From Burkholderiales bacterium (lineage in GTDB: Bacteria; Pseudomonadota; Gammaproteobacteria; Burkholderiales; SG8-41), in contig DASPNJ010000068.1 in NCBI GenBank assembly GCA_035626595.1, forward strand, positions 2,312-66,311: a stretch of DNA of 64,000 nucleotides, written 5' to 3'. The position numbers were made by a program, and so were the translations under genes. Under the pieces are notes generated by a model, which saw nothing but the letters and a program-made list of their open reading frames with translations, was not told where the DNA came from and did no database searches. This document shows positions 23,212 to 33,939 of this stretch, in pieces (the first letter of the stretch is position 1; each line of letters begins with the position of its first letter).

Positions 23212-23260
23212 ACGAACAGAGGGGAACCTAGGTTCCGCTCCGTAACCTCCCTTCCTTCGG
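23212..23260 (+). repeat. dispersed structured intergenic repeat, copy a1 (no central hairpin)
   Basis: ACGAACAGAGGGGAACC-ta-GGTTCCGCTCCGTAACCTCCCTTCCTTCGG. Homologous to the minus-strand copies at 42506-42601 and 57156-57249. Confidence 0.7.
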
Positions 23261-23296
23261 CTCGCTGCCGCTCGCTCCACTGCCTCGCACGTTAAA

Positions 23297-23349
23297 GGAG
23301 CGGAGGAGAATCGGTGATGGTTTCCCTCCGTACCCCCCCTTCCTTCGCC
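23297..23349 (+). repeat. dispersed structured intergenic repeat, degenerate copy a2
   Basis: GGAGCGGAGGAGAATC-ggtgat-GGTTTCCCTCCGTACCCCCCCTTCCTTCGCC. The 3' half closely matches copy a1. Confidence 0.55.
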
Positions 23350-23491
23350 TGAGACGACGCCTTCTCCCTAGCGTGTAGGCTGGTGCGCTATCAGCGCACC
23401 CTACGCCGCACCGAACTCCGTGGCACCGGGCTTGCTTTAGCAGCACGCGGCTGCATTAATTCACGCACGCAAGCGCAAACAGGGGAGACGC

Positions 23492-25333
23492 TTGGACCTG
23501 CCGGAGCTACCGAACTGGCACGCGCTCGCCGTCATGCTGCTGACGGTGGCCGCGCTTTTTCTGTTCACGCGCGATCGCGTGCCGATCGAGGTCACGAGCA
23601 TTCTCGTGCTCGCCGCACTCGCGGTGGGTTTCGCGTTGCATCCATTCGAAGCCGACGGCGCGCGGCTCGATCCCGAGGATTTCTTTCTCGGCTTCGGCAA
23701 CGACGCGCTGGTTGCGATCAGCGCGCTCATGATGGCGAGCTACGGGCTGGTGCGCACCGGCGCGCTGCTGCCGGTGGGCCGCTGGACCGCGGCGCTGTGG
23801 AATGTCAGTCCCAACGGCGCGATGCTGGGAATGCTCTTGAGCACCGCCGTCATCAGCGCGTTCATGAACAACACGCCGCAAGTCGTCATGATGATTCCGA
23901 TTCTGGTGAGCGTGGCGATGCGCACCGGCACGTCGGCTTCCAAGACGCTCATGCCGATGAGCTTCTCGGCGCAGCTCGGTGGCGTGCTGACGCCGATCGG
24001 GACGAGCCTGAACCTGCTCGTCATCAGCACGGCCGCGGACCTCGGCGTGCCGCGGTTTCACATGTTCGATTTCTTCGTGCCCGGGGCGCTGATCGCCGGC
24101 GCCGGCGTGCTCTACCTGTGGCTTGTCGCGCCGCGGCTCCTGCCCGAGCGTCCGTCGGACTTCTCGGACACGACCCCGCGCGTGTTCAGCGCGGTACTGC
24201 ACGTGAAGGAGGGCAGCTTCGCGGACGGCAAGACGATCGCCGACGTGATGAAGCAGACCGAAGGCCGCATGAAGATCACGCGCATCGAGCGCGGAGAGAA
24301 CCTGACGCTCGCCAAGCTGCCGGTCTCGGTGCTGCGCGCGGGTGACCGCATCTACGTCTCGGACAAGCCGGAGAATCTCAAGGAATACGAGACCGTGCTC
24401 GAATCGACGCTGTACGACGGCGAGGACACCGAGCCGGTCACGGAAGATCACCCGCTCGCGCCGCCGAAGCAGCAGCTCGCGCAGATCGTGATCACCGACA
24501 ATTCGCCGCTCGTGCGCCGCACGCTCAACCAGTCGGGTTTCACCTATCGCTACGATCTGCTGCCGCTCGCGCTGCACAGCAGCCGGCGGCAAGTGCAGCG
24601 GACCGATGTGCCGATCGTCGATCAGGTGCTGTGCGCGGGCGACGTCGTGCTCGTGCAGGGCAAGGAGGAGGAGATCCGGCGCCTGAAGGACAGCGGAGAG
24701 CTGCTGGTCCTCGACGCGACGATGGACGTCCCGCACACGCGCAAGGCGCCGCTCGCGTTCGGCATCATGCTGCTCATCGTGGCGCTCGCCGCAGCCAAGG
24801 TGCTGCCGATCGCGGTCGCAGCCGTCGCGGGCGTCGTGCTGATGCTGGTCAGCGGGTGCATGGCGCTGCGTGACGCGCTGCGCGCGCTCGACGCGGGCAT
24901 GATTTTTCTGACCGTCGCGAGCCTCGCGCTGAGCCTTGCGCTCATGCGCACCGGCGGGGCGCAGTACATCGCGGAAGTCTTCGTCGCCGCGAGCAGCGGA
25001 CTTGCGCCGATCTGGATCATGAGCGGGCTCGTCCTGATGATGGCCGCGTTCGCCAACATCATCTCGAACACCTCCGCCGCGGTGATCGGCACGCCGATCG
25101 CCGTTTCGATCGCGAATCTGCTCGGCGCGGCGCCGGAGCCGTTCGTTCTCGCGGTGCTGTTCGGGGTGAACCTCGCCTTCTGCACGCCGATGGCCGACAA
25201 TTGCAACCTGCTCATCCTTCATCCGGGCGGCTACCGTTTCATGGACTACGTGCGCGTCGGCGTGCCTCTGACGCTCGTCATGTGGCTCGCGATCACGATC
25301 GTGCTGCCGGTCTTCTTCCCGCTCATGCCGTGA
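23492..25333 (+). CDS. SLC13/DASS-family permease with central TrkA-C domains
   Basis: 613 aa. TM-rich N- and C-terminal halves flank a soluble region with two TrkA-C-like segments. TTG start. Confidence 0.75.
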   Translation: MDLPELPNWHALAVMLLTVAALFLFTRDRVPIEVTSILVLAALAVGFALHPFEADGARLDPEDFFLGFGNDALVAISALMMASYGLVRTGALLPVGRWTAALWNVSPNGAMLGMLLSTAVISAFMNNTPQVVMMIPILVSVAMRTGTSASKTLMPMSFSAQLGGVLTPIGTSLNLLVISTAADLGVPRFHMFDFFVPGALIAGAGVLYLWLVAPRLLPERPSDFSDTTPRVFSAVLHVKEGSFADGKTIADVMKQTEGRMKITRIERGENLTLAKLPVSVLRAGDRIYVSDKPENLKEYETVLESTLYDGEDTEPVTEDHPLAPPKQQLAQIVITDNSPLVRRTLNQSGFTYRYDLLPLALHSSRRQVQRTDVPIVDQVLCAGDVVLVQGKEEEIRRLKDSGELLVLDATMDVPHTRKAPLAFGIMLLIVALAAAKVLPIAVAAVAGVVLMLVSGCMALRDALRALDAGMIFLTVASLALSLALMRTGGAQYIAEVFVAASSGLAPIWIMSGLVLMMAAFANIISNTSAAVIGTPIAVSIANLLGAAPEPFVLAVLFGVNLAFCTPMADNCNLLILHPGGYRFMDYVRVGVPLTLVMWLAITIVLPVFFPLMP

Positions 25334-25352
25334 CTGCGGCTCGCCCGGCGCC

Positions 25353-26261
25353 ATGAACGCGCTCGAGCGCTGCTTCGAGGAGATCCGCGGCCGCGGCCTG
25401 CGCGTGGTGCTGCCGGAAGGTGACGACGCTCGCATACGCGCGGCGGCCGATCGCCTGCGCGCGAACGGCCTCGCAGAGCCGGTGCTGCTCGATGCGCCGC
25501 CGCCGGCGGAGCGCGTTCGCGCGTATGCCGAGCTCTATCGCAGCGCGCGCCCGGACACGAACGAGGCGCTCGCGCGACGGCTCGCAGGCAAGCCGCTGTT
25601 CCACGCCGGTCTCATGGTGCGCGCAGGTGATGCCGAAGCGTTGGTCGCCGGGGTGAGCGTGCCGAGCGCGCGCGTGATCGAAGCCGGCATGCTGACGGTG
25701 GGCCTCGCCCCGGGCATCGCGACGCCCTCCAGCTTTTTTCTGATGCTGTGCGGTGAGCGCGTGCTCGTCTACGCCGACTGTGCCGTGAACGCCGATCCCA
25801 CGCCGGAGCAGCTGGCGGACATCGCGCTTGCGTCTGCGGAGAGCTGCAGGCGGCTGCTGAAGGAAGAGCCGCGGGTCGCCCTGCTCTCGTTTTCCACCAA
25901 GGGCAGTGCGAAGCATCCGCGCGTCGACAAGGTCGCGCGCGCGGTCGAGCTTGCGCGGGCGCGCGCGCCGGGGCTCGCCGTCGATGGCGAGTTGCAGGCC
26001 GATGCGGCGCTCGTCCCGGCGGTCGCGGAAAAAAAGCTGAAAGACCCCGGCACAGTCGCGGGCCGCGCCAACGTGCTCGTCTTCCCTGACCTCGACGCCG
26101 GGAACATCGCCTACAAGCTCACGCAGTATCTCGGGCACGCCCGCGCGGTCGGTCCCGTCCTCCAGGGATTCGCGAGACCGCTCTCCGATCTCTCCCGCGG
26201 CGCAACGGTCGATGACATCGTTGCCACCGCCGCAATCGTGCTGGCCCAGACGCTGCCGTAA
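25353..26261 (+). CDS. pta: phosphate acetyl/butyryl transferase (short Pta form)
   Basis: [46 protein letters not shown] and [10 protein letters not shown] motifs match the PTA_PTB family. No ackA is adjacent. Confidence 0.75.
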   Translation: MNALERCFEEIRGRGLRVVLPEGDDARIRAAADRLRANGLAEPVLLDAPPPAERVRAYAELYRSARPDTNEALARRLAGKPLFHAGLMVRAGDAEALVAGVSVPSARVIEAGMLTVGLAPGIATPSSFFLMLCGERVLVYADCAVNADPTPEQLADIALASAESCRRLLKEEPRVALLSFSTKGSAKHPRVDKVARAVELARARAPGLAVDGELQADAALVPAVAEKKLKDPGTVAGRANVLVFPDLDAGNIAYKLTQYLGHARAVGPVLQGFARPLSDLSRGATVDDIVATAAIVLAQTLP

Positions 26262-26421
26262 ACCTACGACGCGGCTCCCCACCCGGTGTTGGTCGCCGCA
26301 AAAAATCGCTTAGCGCGGCAGCCGCCGCGCCCTTGAAATAGCTGGTTGCGCCCCAACATGGGCCGTACGTCGCTGCTAAGCGATTCAGGTATAATGGTTT
26401 TTTAGGGTTTGGGGACGCGAC

Positions 26422-26724
26422 ATGCCGATCTACGAGTATCGCTGTGCATCATGCGGGTTCGAAAACGAATACCTCCAGAAAGTAAGCGACCCGCGGCTGA
26501 CCGACTGCCCTGACTGCGGCAGCTCGACCTTCGAAAAGCTCGTGAGCGCCGCTGGTTTCCAGCTTAAAGGCAATGGTTGGTACGTCACGGATTTCCGCGA
26601 TAAAGGCAAAGCCAAGCCCTCCGATTCAAAAAAAGACGGTGCCGCGGACAAGCCTGCAGAAACCAAGAAGGAAGACAAGGCCGCCGAAGCCTGCGGCACC
26701 GGCGCCTGCCCGTCCTGCACCTGA
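26422..26724 (+). CDS. FmdB-family zinc-ribbon protein
   Basis: MPIYEYRCASCGFENEYLQKVSDPRLTDCPDCGS..FEKL (CxxC...CxxC) followed by a low-complexity tail. Confidence 0.85.
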   Translation: MPIYEYRCASCGFENEYLQKVSDPRLTDCPDCGSSTFEKLVSAAGFQLKGNGWYVTDFRDKGKAKPSDSKKDGAADKPAETKKEDKAAEACGTGACPSCT

Positions 26725-26833
26725 CGCGCGGTAGTCGGCATCAGACGCTGCCGCGCTTGTTTCGCCGGGCTCACGCGGCCGCGTAAATTTCCGGCCTGAA
26801 AAATGCCGGGACGCTTTTACCAGCCCCCTTTCC

Positions 26834-27532
26834 ATGCCCCCCAAGAATCCCATCCGGCGCTACTTCATCACAGGCCTCCTGGTCTGGGTGCCCATCGTCA
26901 TCACGGTGTGGGTGCTGTCATTCCTCGTCGGCACCATGGACCAGACGCTGCTGCTGCTGCCGTCCGCGTTCCGGCCGGAGACATGGCTCGGGGTGCATAT
27001 TCCCGGCGTGGGCGCGCTGCTCACCCTGCTGGTGATCTTTCTGACCGGCGTCTTCGCCGCGAACATCATCGGCCAGCGGCTCGTGCGCTATTGGGAGCGC
27101 GCGATGGCGCGCATTCCGGTGGTGAACTCGATCTACAACGGCGTGAAACAGGTGAGCGACACCTTGTTCTCGCCGGGCGGACAGGCTTTCCGCAAGGCGC
27201 TGCTCGTGCAATGGCCGAGCCCCGGGATGTGGACGATCGCGTTTCTCACCGGGACACCGGGCGGTGACGTGGCGAACCATCTCGACGGAGACTACGTGAG
27301 CATTTACGTGCCGACCACGCCCAATCCGACGAGCGGCTATTTCATGATGGTGCCCAAGTCCGCGGTGATCGAGCTCGACATGACGATCGACGACGCGCTC
27401 AAGTACATTATCTCGATGGGTGTGGTGGCGCCGGGCCGCGGCCGCCGGCCCCGCGGTCCCGCGCCCAAGCTCGGCGTTCCCCCGTCGCCTTCGCCTACGA
27501 CGGAAGCGCCGGCGCAAGTCGTCAATCGTTAG
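26834..27532 (+). CDS. DUF502 membrane protein
   Basis: [39 protein letters not shown] and [15 protein letters not shown] are typical of DUF502. Conserved position upstream of aspS. Confidence 0.8.
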   Translation: MPPKNPIRRYFITGLLVWVPIVITVWVLSFLVGTMDQTLLLLPSAFRPETWLGVHIPGVGALLTLLVIFLTGVFAANIIGQRLVRYWERAMARIPVVNSIYNGVKQVSDTLFSPGGQAFRKALLVQWPSPGMWTIAFLTGTPGGDVANHLDGDYVSIYVPTTPNPTSGYFMMVPKSAVIELDMTIDDALKYIISMGVVAPGRGRRPRGPAPKLGVPPSPSPTTEAPAQVVNR

Positions 27533-27545
27533 CTTTCCAAAAAGA

Positions 27546-29327
27546 ATGCGTAGTGAATACTGCGGCCGCGTAAGCCGCTCCTATCTTGGTCAGACCGTAA
27601 CGCTGTGCGGCTGGGTCCATCGGCGACGCGATCATGGCGGCGTCATTTTCATCGACCTGCGCGATCGCGAAGGGCTCGTTCAGATCGTGTGCGATCCGGA
27701 CACCCCGGAGACCTTCGCGCGCGCCGACCGGCTGCGCAGCGAGTTCGTGCTCAAGGTAAACGGCAGGGTGCGTGAACGCCCCCCCGGTACCGTCAACCCG
27801 AACCTCGTCAGCGGCGAGATCGAAGTGCTCGCGAAAGAGATCGAGATCCTGAATCCGTCGGCGCCGCCGCCGTTCCAGATGGACGACGAGCACCTGTCGG
27901 AGACGGTGCGACTGGAGCACCGATTCCTGGATCTGCGCCGGCCCGAGATGCAGAAGAACCTGAAGCTGCGCTACCGCGCGGCGATGGCCGTGCGAAAGTT
28001 TCTGGACCGCGAAGGCTTCATCGACATCGAGACGCCGATGCTCACGCGCTCCACCCCGGAAGGCGCGCGCGATTATCTCGTTCCCTCGCGCGTGCATCCC
28101 GGCCACTTCTTCGCCCTGCCGCAGTCGCCGCAGCTCTTCAAGCAGCTGCTGATGATCTCCGGGTTCGACCGCTATTACCAGATCGTCAAATGCTTCCGTG
28201 ACGAGGACCTGCGCGCCGATCGGCAGCCTGAGTTCACGCAGATCGATATCGAGACCTCGTTCATGGAGCAGAACGAGATCATCGCGCTCATCGAAGAGCT
28301 CGTGCGCGATCTGTTCCGCGAGGTGCTCGCCGTCGAGCTGCCGAACCCCTTCCCTCGCATGGGCTTCGACGAGGCGATGGCGCGCTACGGCTCCGACAAG
28401 CCCGACCTGCGCGTGCCGCTCGAGCTCACCGAGTTGACCGAGCTCGTGCGTGACGTCGAGTTCAAGGTTTTCCGCGACGCCGCTCAGTCGAAAGGCGGAC
28501 GCGTCGCCGCGCTGCGCGTGCCGGGTGGCGGCGCGATGCCCCGCAGCGAGATCGACGGCTACACCGAGTTCGTGAAGGTGTACGGCGCGAAAGGGCTCGC
28601 GTACATCAAGGTGAACCAGCGCTCGAAAGGCGCCGAGGGGCTGCAGTCGCCGATACTGAAGTTCCTGAAGCCGGAAATCACCGAGCGCATTCTCGACCTC
28701 GCCGGCGCCGCGGACGGCGATCTCGTGTTCTTCGGCGCCGACAAGGCGAAAGTCGTGAACGACGCGCTGGGCGCGCTGCGGCTCAAGATCGGCCACGAGA
28801 AGGGGCATGCGCAACCCGGCTGGCGGCCGCTGTGGGTACTCGATTTTCCGATGTTCGAGTGGGACGAGGAGGGTAACCGCTGGTCCGCGATGCACCACCC
28901 GTTCACTTCACCTGCGGAAGGTCATGAAGACCTGCTCGAGTCCGATCCCGCGCGCGCGCGTGCCAAGGCGCATGACATCGTGTTGAACGGTTGGGAGATC
29001 GGCGGCGGCTCGGTGCGTATTCATCGCGCCGACGTCCAGTCGAAAGTATTTCGGGCGCTCGATATCGGCGCCGACGAAGCGCAGGCGAAGTTCGGCTTTC
29101 TGCTCGACGCGCTCAGCTACGGCGCGCCGCCGCACGGCGGCATCGCGTTCGGGCTCGACCGCATCGCCGCCCTGATGGCAGGCGCCGAGTCGATCCGCGA
29201 CGTGATCGCATTCCCGAAGACACAGCGCGTGCAGGACCTGCTCACGCACGCGCCTAACACCGTCGACGAGCAGCAGCTCCGCGAGCTCCACATCCGGCTG
29301 CGGCTGCCGGAGACGAAAAAGCCCTAG
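27546..29327 (+). CDS. aspS: aspartate--tRNA ligase
   Basis: ATG at 27546 gives [40 protein letters not shown]. Class II motifs ([30 protein letters not shown]) are present. The track ORF start at 27420 overlaps DUF502. Confidence 0.96.
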   Translation: MRSEYCGRVSRSYLGQTVTLCGWVHRRRDHGGVIFIDLRDREGLVQIVCDPDTPETFARADRLRSEFVLKVNGRVRERPPGTVNPNLVSGEIEVLAKEIEILNPSAPPPFQMDDEHLSETVRLEHRFLDLRRPEMQKNLKLRYRAAMAVRKFLDREGFIDIETPMLTRSTPEGARDYLVPSRVHPGHFFALPQSPQLFKQLLMISGFDRYYQIVKCFRDEDLRADRQPEFTQIDIETSFMEQNEIIALIEELVRDLFREVLAVELPNPFPRMGFDEAMARYGSDKPDLRVPLELTELTELVRDVEFKVFRDAAQSKGGRVAALRVPGGGAMPRSEIDGYTEFVKVYGAKGLAYIKVNQRSKGAEGLQSPILKFLKPEITERILDLAGAADGDLVFFGADKAKVVNDALGALRLKIGHEKGHAQPGWRPLWVLDFPMFEWDEEGNRWSAMHHPFTSPAEGHEDLLESDPARARAKAHDIVLNGWEIGGGSVRIHRADVQSKVFRALDIGADEAQAKFGFLLDALSYGAPPHGGIAFGLDRIAALMAGAESIRDVIAFPKTQRVQDLLTHAPNTVDEQQLRELHIRLRLPETKKP

Positions 29328-29340
29328 CGGGGGTGTCGCC

Positions 29341-29730
29341 ATGCTGGCGCGAGCCAGCATCCGCTTTCTCCCCGCGATCATTGGCGGGTTGATCCTGGCC
29401 GTGCTGCTCGCGGCGGCGCCGTCCGTGCTCGCGCGCGGCACACCGGAACCGGCGACTGCGGCGGTGCCGGTCGCGCAGCTCCCGGCCGAAGCCCGTACGA
29501 CGCTTGCGTTGATCCGCGCGGGCGGCCCGTTTCCGTACGAACGGGACGGCATCATGTTCGGCAATTTCGAGCGTCGGCTGCCGCCGGCGGAGCGCGGGTA
29601 CTATCGCGAGTACACCGTGGCGACGCCGGGACTGAAGCACCGCGGCGCCAGACGCATCGTGGCGGGCCGCGGCGGCGAGCTGTACTACACCGCCGATCAT
29701 TACCGCACGTTCAGGCGGATCCTCGAGTGA
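29341..29730 (+). CDS. secreted guanyl-specific ribonuclease (barnase/RNase Sa, N1/T1 family)
   Basis: Signal peptide followed by GGPFPYERDGIMFGNFERRLP...YYREYTV..RGARRIV.....YYTADHYRTF, the catalytic Glu/Arg/His pattern of microbial RNases. Confidence 0.8.
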   Translation: MLARASIRFLPAIIGGLILAVLLAAAPSVLARGTPEPATAAVPVAQLPAEARTTLALIRAGGPFPYERDGIMFGNFERRLPPAERGYYREYTVATPGLKHRGARRIVAGRGGELYYTADHYRTFRRILE

Positions 29731-30140
29731 GCGTCCCTACAGCACTCACGCCGGAGCGCAGCGGCGTCTACGCAGTCGCCGCCGGCGCCGTGGACCGAAC
29801 GCAGGCTGCGCTATCCGCGGCGGTCTGGCTCGACGCGGACCTGGCTCGCGTTCAGGACAAACTGATCCTGTTGCAGACGCTCGGACGTGCGACCCGGTTT
29901 CCCGGCACGTTCGGCGATAACTGGGACGCGCTCGCCGACGTGCTGCAGGACCTTTCGTGGTGCCCGGCCGACGCGTACGTGCTGCACGTTGCGCATGCGG
30001 CGTTCGCGCGGCAGGCGCTGGGTGAGGAGTGGCGCACGTTCCTTGAAATTGTCTCCGAAAGCGCCATGTACTGGAAAAGCCGCGGCAAGACGTTCGTTGC
30101 GCTCGTCGAGGACGCGCCGGAGCTTCCGCAGTGGACGTGA
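29727..30140 (+). CDS. barstar-family ribonuclease inhibitor
   Basis: 4-nt overlap with the RNase gene. FPGTFGDNWDALADVLQDLSW resembles the barstar-like core. Confidence 0.7.
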   Translation: MSVPTALTPERSGVYAVAAGAVDRTQAALSAAVWLDADLARVQDKLILLQTLGRATRFPGTFGDNWDALADVLQDLSWCPADAYVLHVAHAAFARQALGEEWRTFLEIVSESAMYWKSRGKTFVALVEDAPELPQWT

Positions 30141-30613
30141 GCGCGAAAACGTACAAGCTGCCGATATCGGTGCTCGTGCTCGTGCACACGCCCGCGCTGG
30201 AGGTCTTGTTGCTCGAGCGCGCCGATCGGCCGGGTTTCTGGCAGTCGGTTACCGGCAGCCAGCATGAAGGCGAGACGCTCACTCAGACGGCCGAGCGCGA
30301 GCTCAAGGAAGAGACGGGGCTCGATGCCGCGCGGTACGGACTCGTCGACTGGCGCAAACAGAATCTCTTCGAGATCTATCCGCACTGGCGCTATCGATAC
30401 GCACCGGGCGTGACACACAACACGGAACACGTGTTCGCGCTGCAGGTGCCCGGGGCGGTCGAGATCACGCTCGCGCCGCGCGAGCACGTGGCGTATGCGT
30501 GGCTGCCGTGGCGTGAAGCCGCCGACAAGGCATTCTCGTGGACGAACGCGGAAGCGATACGAGAGCTACCGTCGCGCCTGGAGATCGCGCGGCGCGCGCT
30601 GCGGGGAACTTAG
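30131..30613 (+). CDS. nudB: dihydroneopterin triphosphate diphosphatase (Nudix)
   Basis: Nudix box GSQHEGETLTQTAERELKEETGL. The aspS-nudB neighbourhood also occurs in E. coli. Confidence 0.8.
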   Translation: MDVSAKTYKLPISVLVLVHTPALEVLLLERADRPGFWQSVTGSQHEGETLTQTAERELKEETGLDAARYGLVDWRKQNLFEIYPHWRYRYAPGVTHNTEHVFALQVPGAVEITLAPREHVAYAWLPWREAADKAFSWTNAEAIRELPSRLEIARRALRGT

Positions 30614-30741
30614 CGCCGCGGTGCGCGGTCGCATCGGACCTGGCACGTTTATGGCTCGAACTGAAGTGGATTTTTTACATCTTTATGGTATGGTCTAAGG
30701 CTCTGAACGCCTCTGCCGGCGCACATCCCGACGGAACCCCG

Positions 30742-31839
30742 ATGGAAGTGAGCACGATCACATTCGACCGTTTCAGACCCCTCGCCGACGACGCGTGCGA
30801 AAAGCGCATCGTCGATGCGAAGCGCGCGCTCGGGAACCGCGCGGTAATACTCGGGCACCATTACCAGCGCGCCGACGTGTACAAGCACGCCGATCTCACC
30901 GGAGACTCGTTGCGGCTTGCCAAGCTCGCCTCGCAGACCGACTCGGAATACATCGTCTTCTGCGGCGTCCATTTCATGGCCGAAGTGGCGGACGTACTCT
31001 CCAAGCCGCACCAGAAGGTGATCCTGCCCGACCTCTCGGCCGGCTGTTCGATGGCCGACATGGCGAATCTCGCGAAAGTCGAGCGCGCGTGGCGGGAGAT
31101 CGGTGAAGTGCTGGATCCGGACGAGAAAGTCACTCCGGTTACCTACATCAACTCCGCCGCGGACCTCAAAGCATTTTGCGGCGAGCACGGCGGCATCGTC
31201 TGCACGTCGACGAATGCGCGCGAGATCCTGAAATGGGCGCTCGCGCGACGCGAGAAAGTGCTGTTCTTCCCGGACCAGCATCTCGGGCGCTGGACCGGCT
31301 ATCTCATGGACATCCCGCTCTCGCAGATGCTCGTGTGGGATCCCGACGAACCGATGGGCGGCCTCACGCCGCAGCAGATCAAGATGGCGAAGATCCTGCT
31401 CTGGAAAGGGCATTGCTCGGTCCACCAGATGTTCCAGGCGCAACACGTGCTGCGCTGGCGCCAGCAGAACCCGAGTGGAATGGTGATCAGCCACCCCGAG
31501 TGCAATTTCGAGGTGTGCAAGCTGTCCGACTACGTCGGCTCGACCGACTTCATCATCAAGACGATCGCCTCGAGCGCTCCCGGCACGCGCTGGCTGGTCG
31601 GCACCGAGTTGAACCTCGTGAACCGGATCGCCGAGGAGTTCAAGCCGCAGGGCAAGGTCGTGCAGTTCATGGCGCCCACGGTGTGCATGTGCTCCACCAT
31701 GGCGCGCATCGACCCGCAGCATCTCGCGTGGAGTCTCGAGAATCTCGTCGCGGGCAAGGTCGTGAACCAGATCACGGTGCCCGCGCACGAAGCAGAGCTC
31801 GCGCGCGTCGCGCTCGATCGCATGCTCGCGGTGTCTTAA
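30742..31839 (+). CDS. nadA: quinolinate synthase NadA (B. subtilis-like type)
   Basis: ILGHHYQRADVYKHADLTGDSLRLAKLA...YIVFCGVHFMAE and the Cys ligand pattern. The start is chosen at ATG 30742; ATG 30685 is also possible. Confidence 0.88.
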   Translation: MEVSTITFDRFRPLADDACEKRIVDAKRALGNRAVILGHHYQRADVYKHADLTGDSLRLAKLASQTDSEYIVFCGVHFMAEVADVLSKPHQKVILPDLSAGCSMADMANLAKVERAWREIGEVLDPDEKVTPVTYINSAADLKAFCGEHGGIVCTSTNAREILKWALARREKVLFFPDQHLGRWTGYLMDIPLSQMLVWDPDEPMGGLTPQQIKMAKILLWKGHCSVHQMFQAQHVLRWRQQNPSGMVISHPECNFEVCKLSDYVGSTDFIIKTIASSAPGTRWLVGTELNLVNRIAEEFKPQGKVVQFMAPTVCMCSTMARIDPQHLAWSLENLVAGKVVNQITVPAHEAELARVALDRMLAVS

Positions 31840-31895
31840 GGGGCTCCAGTCCGAGTCCCCGACGTGCGTGACGTGCGAGGCCGCGCGAGGCCATC

Positions 31896-32654
31896 GTGAA
31901 TCGCAGCCTGCACGTCCTCACCTACAACATCCACAAGGGGCTGTCGCTTTTCAATCGCCGGCTCGTGATACACGAGCTGCGTGACCGCCTTCGTCAGGTC
32001 GGCGCGGATATCGTCTTCCTGCAGGAAGTCCAGGGCACCTGCGAGCGCAAGGCGGCGCGCCACGGCGACTGGCCGGTCGAGCCGCAGTACGAATTCCTGG
32101 CCGACACCGTCTGGGCCGATTTCGCGTACGGCCGCAACGCCGTCTACGACCATGGTCACCACGGCAATGCCATCCTCTCGCGGTTTCCGATCGCGCAATG
32201 GGACAACCAGGACGTCTCTGCGCACCGCTTCGAGAAGCGCGGGCTGCTTCACTGCCAGGTCGCGGTACCGGGCTGGGACGTGCCGCTGCACTGCGTGTGC
32301 GTGCATCTCGCCCTCACCGCGCGCGGTCGGAGCCGCCAGATCGAACGACTGCGCCAGCGCATCGAGCGGCTGGTGCCGCGGGACGCGCCGCTCATCGTCG
32401 CCGGCGACTTCAACGACTGGCATTGGCGTCACAAAGCCACGCACGAGCTCGCGCATCCGCTCAACATGCAGGAAGTGTTCGAGCTGATCCGCGGGCATCC
32501 CGCGCGCAGCTTTCCGGCGATGCTGCCGGTATTCCGGCTCGACCGCATCTACGTGCGCGGCTTCCGCGTAAGCCGCGCGCACGTGCATCATGGGCCCGTC
32601 TGGGGCCGTATCTCGGACCACGCCGCGCTCGCGACCACGCTCGAGCGGCTATGA
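31896..32654 (+). CDS. ybhP: endonuclease/exonuclease/phosphatase family protein (YbhP-like)
   Basis: EEP motifs (LTYNIHKG, DIVFLQEV, GDFND, SDHAAL). Lies upstream of clsB as in E. coli ybhP-clsB. Confidence 0.75.
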   Translation: MNRSLHVLTYNIHKGLSLFNRRLVIHELRDRLRQVGADIVFLQEVQGTCERKAARHGDWPVEPQYEFLADTVWADFAYGRNAVYDHGHHGNAILSRFPIAQWDNQDVSAHRFEKRGLLHCQVAVPGWDVPLHCVCVHLALTARGRSRQIERLRQRIERLVPRDAPLIVAGDFNDWHWRHKATHELAHPLNMQEVFELIRGHPARSFPAMLPVFRLDRIYVRGFRVSRAHVHHGPVWGRISDHAALATTLERL

Positions 32655-33817
32655 CCGAGCTCGTGGACGGTAACCGCCTCTCGTTACTCGAGAGCGGCCG
32701 CGCGTATTTTCCGGCGCTGGAGCAGGCCTGCGACGCAGCCGAACGCGAGATCCACGTCGAGACTTACATCTATGAGGACGACGCCGCCGGCCAGCGCATC
32801 GGTGAGGCGCTGTGGCGTGCGGCGCGACGCGGCGTCGCGGTGCACCTTTTGCTCGACGGTTTCGGTTCGAAGCGGCTCGACCGCGGGTTCGTCGCTGCAC
32901 TCGAGGCCGGCGGGGTGAAGGTCCTCGTGTACCGGCCCGAGATCGCGGGCTGGCGCTCGCCGCGCCAGCGCCTGCGCCGCATGCACCGCAAGCTCGCCGT
33001 AATCGATGCGCGCGTTGCCTTCGTCGGCGGCATCAACGTGATCGACGACATGCACACGCCGGGGCACACGCCGCCGCGCTTCGACTACGCGGTGCGCATC
33101 GAAGGGCCGCTGCTCGAGCACATTCACGCGGCTGCCAAGCGGCTGTGGACCATCGTGCTGCTCACGCAGTTCGGCGGCGGCTGGCCTGACGCCGACGGGC
33201 CGCGTCCCACGGCCGCGGTATGCGGGCGACAGCGCGCAAGCTTTCTGATACGCGACAACCTGTGGCACCGCAATGACATCGAAGAAGCGTACCTGGAGGC
33301 GATCGGCCGCGCGCGCTCGGAGATCCTGATCGCAAGCTCGTATTTCTTCCCCGGCGTCGGCTTTCGGCACGCGCTGGCGGATGCCGCCGCGCGCGGCGTC
33401 AAAGTGATCCTGCTCCTGCAGGGGCGGGTCGAATACCGGCTGCTGCATCACGCGAGCCGCGCGCTCTACGGCTCGCTGCTGGAGGCGGGCGTGCGCATTC
33501 TGGAATACCACCGCAGCTTCCTGCACGCCAAAGTGGCGGTGATCGACCGCACGTGGTGCACGATCGGCTCCTCCAACATCGACCCGTTCAGCCTGCTGCT
33601 CGCGCGCGAGGCGAACATCGTGGTCGATGACGTCGAATTTGCCGGTCAGTTACGGGGAAGCCTCGAGCTCGCGATCGACGGCGGGGCGCGGGAGGTCCGC
33701 GCCGAAAGCTGGCGTCGCCGGCCCTTGCCGACACGGCTAGCGCACTGGGCCTGTTACGGTTTTGCGCGTTTTCTCACCGGCGTCTCGGCGTACGGGCAGG
33801 CGGGCGAGTTTGCGTGA
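32651..33817 (+). CDS. clsB: cardiolipin synthase B (PLD superfamily)
   Basis: Two HKD motifs (MHRKLAVIDARVAFVGGINV, LHAKVAVIDRTWCTIGSSNID). ATGA overlap with ybhP. Confidence 0.88.
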   Translation: MTELVDGNRLSLLESGRAYFPALEQACDAAEREIHVETYIYEDDAAGQRIGEALWRAARRGVAVHLLLDGFGSKRLDRGFVAALEAGGVKVLVYRPEIAGWRSPRQRLRRMHRKLAVIDARVAFVGGINVIDDMHTPGHTPPRFDYAVRIEGPLLEHIHAAAKRLWTIVLLTQFGGGWPDADGPRPTAAVCGRQRASFLIRDNLWHRNDIEEAYLEAIGRARSEILIASSYFFPGVGFRHALADAAARGVKVILLLQGRVEYRLLHHASRALYGSLLEAGVRILEYHRSFLHAKVAVIDRTWCTIGSSNIDPFSLLLAREANIVVDDVEFAGQLRGSLELAIDGGAREVRAESWRRRPLPTRLAHWACYGFARFLTGVSAYGQAGEFA

Positions 33818-33939
33818 GCGTCGGCGGTTCCCGGGATGTGCGATCAGCGTCTGCCCGGCACCGCAATTGCTACTTAGAGAGTGAAAGCGGCGGGGCATCA
33901 TGCTCTTCCGTTTTCATCCTCCTCCTTTGGTACGTCTTC

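Noticed and set aside
23507-25435. 642-aa minus-strand ORF opposite the SLC13 permease.
   Set aside because: The product is an extremely Arg/His/Glu/Asp-rich nonsense-like sequence. The plus-strand frame encodes a coherent multi-TM permease.
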